From: a virus
Lineage: Duplodnaviria; Caudoviricetes
Reading direction: 5' to 3' (one strand)
Length of the DNA: 64,000 bases
Virus record (IMG/VR): IMGVR_UViG_3300033066_000802
Span: 64,001 to 128,000 of that record
This document shows, in pieces, positions 59,230 to 64,000 of this stretch (position 1 is its first letter; each line of letters opens with the position of its first letter). Below the pieces are notes generated by a model. The model was not told the origin of the DNA. It was given only the letters and a program-made list of their open reading frames with translations, and searched no databases. The translations under genes and the position numbers were made by a program.

Positions 59230-60324
59230 ATGAGAATAAGCCCAGCGGAAAGAGAAAAAATTTACAGACAAGCCAAACATAGATTAGGTGAACCAATTAG
59301 AAAAGTTCAACTTAAAGATGAGGCTTTAGATAGTTTATTGGAAATTGCCACCGAGGACTATGTTGAATATATACAAAATTATTTAATAGAACAACAATGG
59401 CCCTCACTTATAGGTATAAATGTCACAGAAGCTGACTTAACCAGAGCTTTTATTAATAGAAACTACGATTTATTAACACAATACACATATTCATACTCTA
59501 AAATTGTGGGTCTTGGTGCGGGTGAAGGTGGATATGTATTAAAAAAAGATTATATAACATTACTATCTGGTGTTCAAATGTATGAAATACCTGCAAACAG
59601 AGAAATAAACGAGGTTTTGTGGTATAACCCACCAACAATGAGCCAAGCCATGATTGACCCATTCCTGGGTGTGTGGAATAATCAATTTGGTGGTCAATTA
59701 GGTATTGGTCTTGGTAGTAATTACATATTACCCGCATTTGACATACTTATGAGGCAATCAGACATCAATCTTAAAAATAGGATGATGAAGGGTGAGTTAC
59801 TTTATAAAATAACTGGTGCGCCTGGTGGTAAAAAATATTTACATATTTTTAATGTACCTGGCGGTACTTATGATAGAAATACTGCGATTATTCAAACTGG
59901 TAGGGTTTGGTATTGGTATTACGATATTAATGGTAATAGAGAAGATTGTTTAGCTAAAAACAAAGATATTATTAAAACACCTTCCGATGTACCTCTTGAT
60001 GATGTGTCTTTTGAAGATTTAAACGATCCTTCAAAAGTTTGGATTAGACGTTATTTTATAGCGTTGTGTAAAGAAACTTTGGGTAGAATCAGAGGTTATG
60101 CTAACGGTAAGGTACCTATTAGTGAAACAGCCAGTTTGGATCTTGAGTATCAATCGCTTTATACTGAAGGTAAAGATGAAATGATGGTATTAAAACAAGA
60201 ATTATCTGATAGATTAGCTAAATTCCACCCAACCGAAACCTTAAAGAGAATGGCGACTGAAGCTGAAGAGATAAATAAAGCTCTTAAATTCAGACCTATG
60301 CCAAAACCAATTAAAATAATATAA
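59230..60324 (+). CDS. Neck protein / head-tail adaptor (T4 gp13-like)
   Basis: RLGEPIRKVQL...LEIA; WIRRYFIALCKETLGRIRG...L..EGKDE...L. Confidence 0.85.
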   Translation: MRISPAEREKIYRQAKHRLGEPIRKVQLKDEALDSLLEIATEDYVEYIQNYLIEQQWPSLIGINVTEADLTRAFINRNYDLLTQYTYSYSKIVGLGAGEGGYVLKKDYITLLSGVQMYEIPANREINEVLWYNPPTMSQAMIDPFLGVWNNQFGGQLGIGLGSNYILPAFDILMRQSDINLKNRMMKGELLYKITGAPGGKKYLHIFNVPGGTYDRNTAIIQTGRVWYWYYDINGNREDCLAKNKDIIKTPSDVPLDDVSFEDLNDPSKVWIRRYFIALCKETLGRIRGYANGKVPISETASLDLEYQSLYTEGKDEMMVLKQELSDRLAKFHPTETLKRMATEAEEINKALKFRPMPKPIKII

Positions 60325-60326
60325 CT

Positions 60327-61856
60327 ATGTATAACCTATTCTTACACGAATCCGAGTTTGATTTCGTCTTAACTGACGATACCATAATTTATGATCGTAA
60401 TTATAGTGACTACGAAGCTTTTAATATTGATGTAACGGCAAGTTTATCATCAATATCGGGTATTAGCTTGGATGATAGTGTAACACTAAATAATATTATT
60501 TTAACTGGTTATGATAATTTTTTAATACCAGATATTAATATAACTGGTCATACCATAACCAGCGGTAGTACATTTACTTTACATGCCGTTTCTGGTTATA
60601 GTGGAAATATAATATATGATATATTAACAGGTAGCACATTTAATCAGTTAAATGGTGGATTCTATCAAGGGTTCTTTAAATTATATAGTTATCCTGTTGA
60701 ATATTTTAAAGTTAGAGCAACAAAGGGTTGGACTGTAAATATGTTAATAACAAACCCAATGAGTTCAGGTACAACCACTGGGGATACATTAAACACCTTA
60801 CACCCAGAAAATAATGGTTTTATATTCTATCTTGGTACTCGTGCTGAAAATAAATATTATACTGTTACAGGGTCAGCTATCGATAATTTAAGTACAATTC
60901 TTGGGATACCCGAATCGGGTATAACAACCCCAGTATATACTGGGGAAACCATAGGTAGAATTAATGATGATTTATCAAATGGTTTAATTACCCAAGAAAA
61001 TTTATATACTAATGAAGATATTTTTACTCTCAGCGGTACAACATATTCTGGATTTTATAATGTGAAGGATGGTGTTTATTATACTGGTAGAACATATGAC
61101 GGTACAGGTCAGTTAGTTAAAAGTGATCTTAAAAGATATGATGATATTATTAACAATGCTTTTGGTGTCTTCATAACTGAGGATGGTCATATCGGGTACA
61201 AAAATATTTATAAAACAGACAGGTGTGATTCGGGTACAACCGACAACCCAATTCAAGATGCCAGTACTATCACAAATAACAGCTTTATTGATATTACAAC
61301 TGATTGTGATATTAATAAGATTGAAGAAATTAAAACCAAATATTTCACAATCAGAAAAGTTACAACAAAAAATAGTGTTATTAGTATTGATACTGATAGA
61401 CGTTTTTTAAATGTAACGGTTGTATTTAATAGAGATTTTGAATATGGTAATAATTGCTTACTGGAATATGGGAAACATAAAATTGGTAAATTACAAATAT
61501 ATATTAACGGTATTTTGATTTTTAAGGATAATAATTTTACTGAGGTTATACCACATATTTTGGATACTAATTACTTCTACCAAGAGGGTGTACCTTTTAA
61601 TATTTCGTTTGGTGGTGGTAGTCAAGGTTTATTAGATTCTGTTGATGTATTAGATGATTATAATAACCCATATAATCATCCGATTATTGATGAATTTTTT
61701 AGCGGAACCTATATCGGTGGTGTTAGATTAATTAAAATGTATATGACACCATTATATGCAACTGAAATAAAAAAAGAAGTAAATAACATAAAAAACACTT
61801 ACAATCTGTATGTTTTACAGGGTGGAAGACGTGTACTACTAAAAAATCTATACTAA
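60327..61856 (+). CDS. Virion structural protein with LamG/concanavalin-like C-terminal features
   Basis: LNGGFYQGFFKL, GFIFYLGTRAENK, GKLQIYINGIL, ISFGGGSQGL, FSGTYIGGV..IKMY..PL..EI. Confidence 0.6.
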   Translation: MYNLFLHESEFDFVLTDDTIIYDRNYSDYEAFNIDVTASLSSISGISLDDSVTLNNIILTGYDNFLIPDINITGHTITSGSTFTLHAVSGYSGNIIYDILTGSTFNQLNGGFYQGFFKLYSYPVEYFKVRATKGWTVNMLITNPMSSGTTTGDTLNTLHPENNGFIFYLGTRAENKYYTVTGSAIDNLSTILGIPESGITTPVYTGETIGRINDDLSNGLITQENLYTNEDIFTLSGTTYSGFYNVKDGVYYTGRTYDGTGQLVKSDLKRYDDIINNAFGVFITEDGHIGYKNIYKTDRCDSGTTDNPIQDASTITNNSFIDITTDCDINKIEEIKTKYFTIRKVTTKNSVISIDTDRRFLNVTVVFNRDFEYGNNCLLEYGKHKIGKLQIYINGILIFKDNNFTEVIPHILDTNYFYQEGVPFNISFGGGSQGLLDSVDVLDDYNNPYNHPIIDEFFSGTYIGGVRLIKMYMTPLYATEIKKEVNNIKNTYNLYVLQGGRRVLLKNLY

Positions 61857-62258
61857 ATGGTATTCAATATAAGAAAAAATGCGACTTTACCTATATTAAG
61901 GTTGGCGTTATATAACGATGGTAGAGATACCTATAAAAAATTTCAAGAAAATTTACCTAATGCGGCAATTACATTCTCAATGAGGGATGTTAAAACTGGT
62001 GTTTATAAGGTTGCAAATAAACCTGGGGTTCTTTATTTAAAGGATCCTTGCACTACCGATAGCGAACCAGAATATTACATAGGGTATCAATTCACCTCTA
62101 ACGATACTGACACTTGTGGTGTTTTCGAAGGTCAATTCAAATTACAATTAGTTAATATTGACAATACACTTATCGGTGAATTAATAACACCAATACGTGA
62201 AGATTTATTTATACACATCAACGATAGTTTTAACAAATCCCAAACTTATTACGAGTAA
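61857..62258 (+). CDS. BppU-like Ig-fold structural protein
   Basis: FNIRKNATLPIL...ITFSM...YQFTSNDTDTCGVFEGQF pattern. Confidence 0.6.
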   Translation: MVFNIRKNATLPILRLALYNDGRDTYKKFQENLPNAAITFSMRDVKTGVYKVANKPGVLYLKDPCTTDSEPEYYIGYQFTSNDTDTCGVFEGQFKLQLVNIDNTLIGELITPIREDLFIHINDSFNKSQTYYE

Positions 62259-62261
62259 AAT

Positions 62262-62292
62262 TTTGTTTTTAAGGTTTATTTTATTAAATTTG
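62262..62292 (+). promoter_or_regulatory. Bacteroidota primary-sigma promoter upstream of DNA polymerase
   Basis: TTTG(62262)-N19-TAAATTTG(62285-62292), exact -33/-7 consensus. Confidence 0.7.
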
Positions 62293-62309
62293 TTAATTAA
62301 GTTGACCAT

Positions 62310-64000
62310 ATGACAGAATTTAGTGTACCTATTGAAACTATTGAACGATTTTTATCGGGACATGGTGAGGAAAAATATATTGTAAATGTTGAGTATGATA
62401 TGAATACTAATTTAATCTATAAGATTAAAGATGTACCAGGTCAAGGTATAACAATAGAAACCGAACCATTAAAAGCCTTTATGTGGATTAAAAACCTTAA
62501 TGAGGTTAAAAAAATATGTCGTTTTTATGGTAATAATGATCTTTTGATTAAGAAAAAAATGACCGAATATGGTATTGAGATTAAAACATTACGTCATGAT
62601 AATCACCCAAGATTAGTACAGGGTTTTAATTACTTAGTTAAGTGTAACCAAGGTTATAAAAGAATGGTTGCATTCTTTTCCGATGGTGGTATCAATATTT
62701 ATAATAAATACGAAAAAAGAATTAACATCCCGTCATATTTTAATATCTTACCACCAGTTGAACAATACTTTATTGGTACAGGTAATAGATTATACAAAGG
62801 ATTCGAATCTTATGATGAAATTAACAAGTTTATATTTGACTTGGAAACCACAGGATTAGATCCAAATATAAATAAAATATTCCTTATTGGTATTAAAACA
62901 AATAAAGGTTACGAGAAATTGATTGAATGTAATCTTGAAGATGAAGAATCTGAAAGACAAGGTATTATACAATTTTTTGATGAAATTAGTCAAGTTAAAC
63001 CAGCAATCATAGCTGGATACAATAGTGCAAATTTTGACTGGTATTTTATCTTTAAAAGGTGTCAGGTACTTGGTTTAGATATTGAAACTATCGCAAAGAC
63101 GCTTAAACCAGATCAAAAAATATGGGTTCGAGAATCTATGCTTAAACTCGGAAATGAGGTTGAAACATATATCCAAACTAATATGTTCGGATATAGTATT
63201 ATTGATATTAATCACTCAACTCGTAGAGCGCAAGCTATTGATTCGGATATGAAGTATACGAAATTAAAATATGTGTGCAAATATAATGACGTAGCGAAAC
63301 CTAATCGTGTATATATTGATGGTGAGAATATAGGTAAATATTGGGAAAGTAATAATAAATTTTATTTTGATAATAAAAGTGGGTCTTATACTAAGACAAT
63401 GCCACGTATTGAATATATGGATTTTATTACTCGTAAAATCGTGCAAGAAAACCCAGATAAAATATTCGTATTTGGTGATAATGACTTACGTGAAGGGTAT
63501 GGTGGGCAAGCTAAAGAAATGCGTGGTGAAAAAAACACAATTGGTATCGTAACTAAGAAAGAGCCATTTTCAAATGAAGATTCTTATTACACAGATGATG
63601 AATTTGAATTAAATAAAAAGAAAATTAATATTGATATTAAAAATATCATTAATGAAATTAAAAAAGGTAAAACCATCGTATTTCCAACTAACGGAATAGG
63701 TACTGGTTTAGCTAAATTAAAAGAAAAGGCACCAAAAACATATAAATTTCTTCAGGGTTCCATTAACGCATTAAAAATGTACGCTGAAAGTTATATTGAG
63801 TGCAATGGGAAATATATTGTTGAGCGCTATCTTATGGATGACCTTTGGGAAACATTAGAAGTTGATAATATATATAACCAATCTTCATTTATGTTGGCTA
63901 AGTTGATTCCAACAACATATCAACGTGTATCTACAATGGGTACCGCTGGTTTATGGAAAATGTTGATGCTAACCTGGTCATACGAAAATGATCTCGCAAT
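62310..64000 (+). CDS. Family B DNA polymerase, 5' part (N-terminal and 3'-5' exonuclease domains), runs off the window
   Basis: Not in ORF track. Hand translation from ATG 62310 is open to the end: ExoI FDLETTG (62835), ExoII GYNSANFDW (~63015), ExoIII RYLMDD (63825-63842). Confidence 0.9.
   Translation, partial: MTEFSVPIETIERFLSGHGEEKYIVNVEYDMNTNLIYKIKDVPGQGITIETEPLKAFMWIKNLNEVKKICRFYGNNDLLIKKKMTEYGIEIKTLRHDNHPRLVQGFNYLVKCNQGYKRMVAFFSDGGINIYNKYEKRINIPSYFNILPPVEQYFIGTGNRLYKGFESYDEINKFIFDLETTGLDPNINKIFLIGIKTNKGYEKLIECNLEDEESERQGIIQFFDEISQVKPAIIAGYNSANFDWYFIFKRCQVLGLDIETIAKTLKPDQKIWVRESMLKLGNEVETYIQTNMFGYSIIDINHSTRRAQAIDSDMKYTKLKYVCKYNDVAKPNRVYIDGENIGKYWESNNKFYFDNKSGSYTKTMPRIEYMDFITRKIVQENPDKIFVFGDNDLREGYGGQAKEMRGEKNTIGIVTKKEPFSNEDSYYTDDEFELNKKKINIDIKNIINEIKKGKTIVFPTNGIGTGLAKLKEKAPKTYKFLQGSINALKMYAESYIECNGKYIVERYLMDDLWETLEVDNIYNQSSFMLAKLIPTTYQRVSTMGTAGLWKMLMLTWSYENDLA
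63399..63776 (+). other. Macrodomain-like domain (DUF7831/A1S_2505-like) inserted in frame in the polymerase exonuclease domain
   Basis: MPRIEYMDFITRKIVQENPDKIFVFGDNDLREGYGGQAKEMRGEKNTIGIVTKK...TIVFPTNGIGTGLAKLKEKAPKTY. Confidence 0.7.

Noticed and set aside
62668-63552. Short track ORFs at 62668, 63264 and 63367
   Set aside because: They lie inside the long polymerase frame starting at 62310, which the track omitted because it has no stop within the window.
63399-63776. Polymerase insertion as an intein
   Set aside because: No N-terminal Cys/Ser block A, no TxxH, no terminal HN/SN followed by C/S/T.
1-64000. Stop-codon reassignment, tRNA genes, diversity-generating retroelement
   Set aside because: Genes are full length and densely packed in the standard code; no cloverleaf, reverse transcriptase or TR/VR pair was noticed by eye (tRNAscan-SE not run).

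Overview
AT-rich segment of a large contractile-tailed (myovirus, distantly T4-like) phage genome in the standard genetic code. The host is probably Bacteroidota: there are TTG-N19/20-TAnnTTTG promoters and no obvious Shine-Dalgarno sites. The window holds most of the neck/tail/baseplate module (gp13, gp14 and gp15-like, sheath, tube, tail chaperone with a probable +1 frameshift, tape measure, giant hub and wedge proteins, gp25, gp6/J). A replication block interrupts it (ssb, RecA/UvsX, 5'-3' exonuclease, DnaB-like helicase, class II RNR), and there is also a SNF2 helicase, a Gp88-like protein, several free-standing endonucleases and the 5' part of a family B DNA polymerase. Highlights: (1) a contiguous intein in the helicase DECH box whose interior carries a complete Vsr/DUF559 endonuclease gene in a different (+1) reading frame; (2) a ~126-aa macrodomain-like module inserted in frame between ExoII and ExoIII of the DNA polymerase, a candidate counter-defence against DNA ADP-ribosylation; (3) an HNH gene that appears to have invaded the 3' end of nrdJ, supplied a replacement tail and fused to the displaced one; (4) a strong [ST]GxT motif bias limited to virion proteins; (5) an iteron-like AT-rich array with a host-type promoter firing into it; (6) a recurring TATTTAT upstream motif, the inverse of the T4 late promoter. 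All family assignments come from motif recognition by eye; no searches were run.
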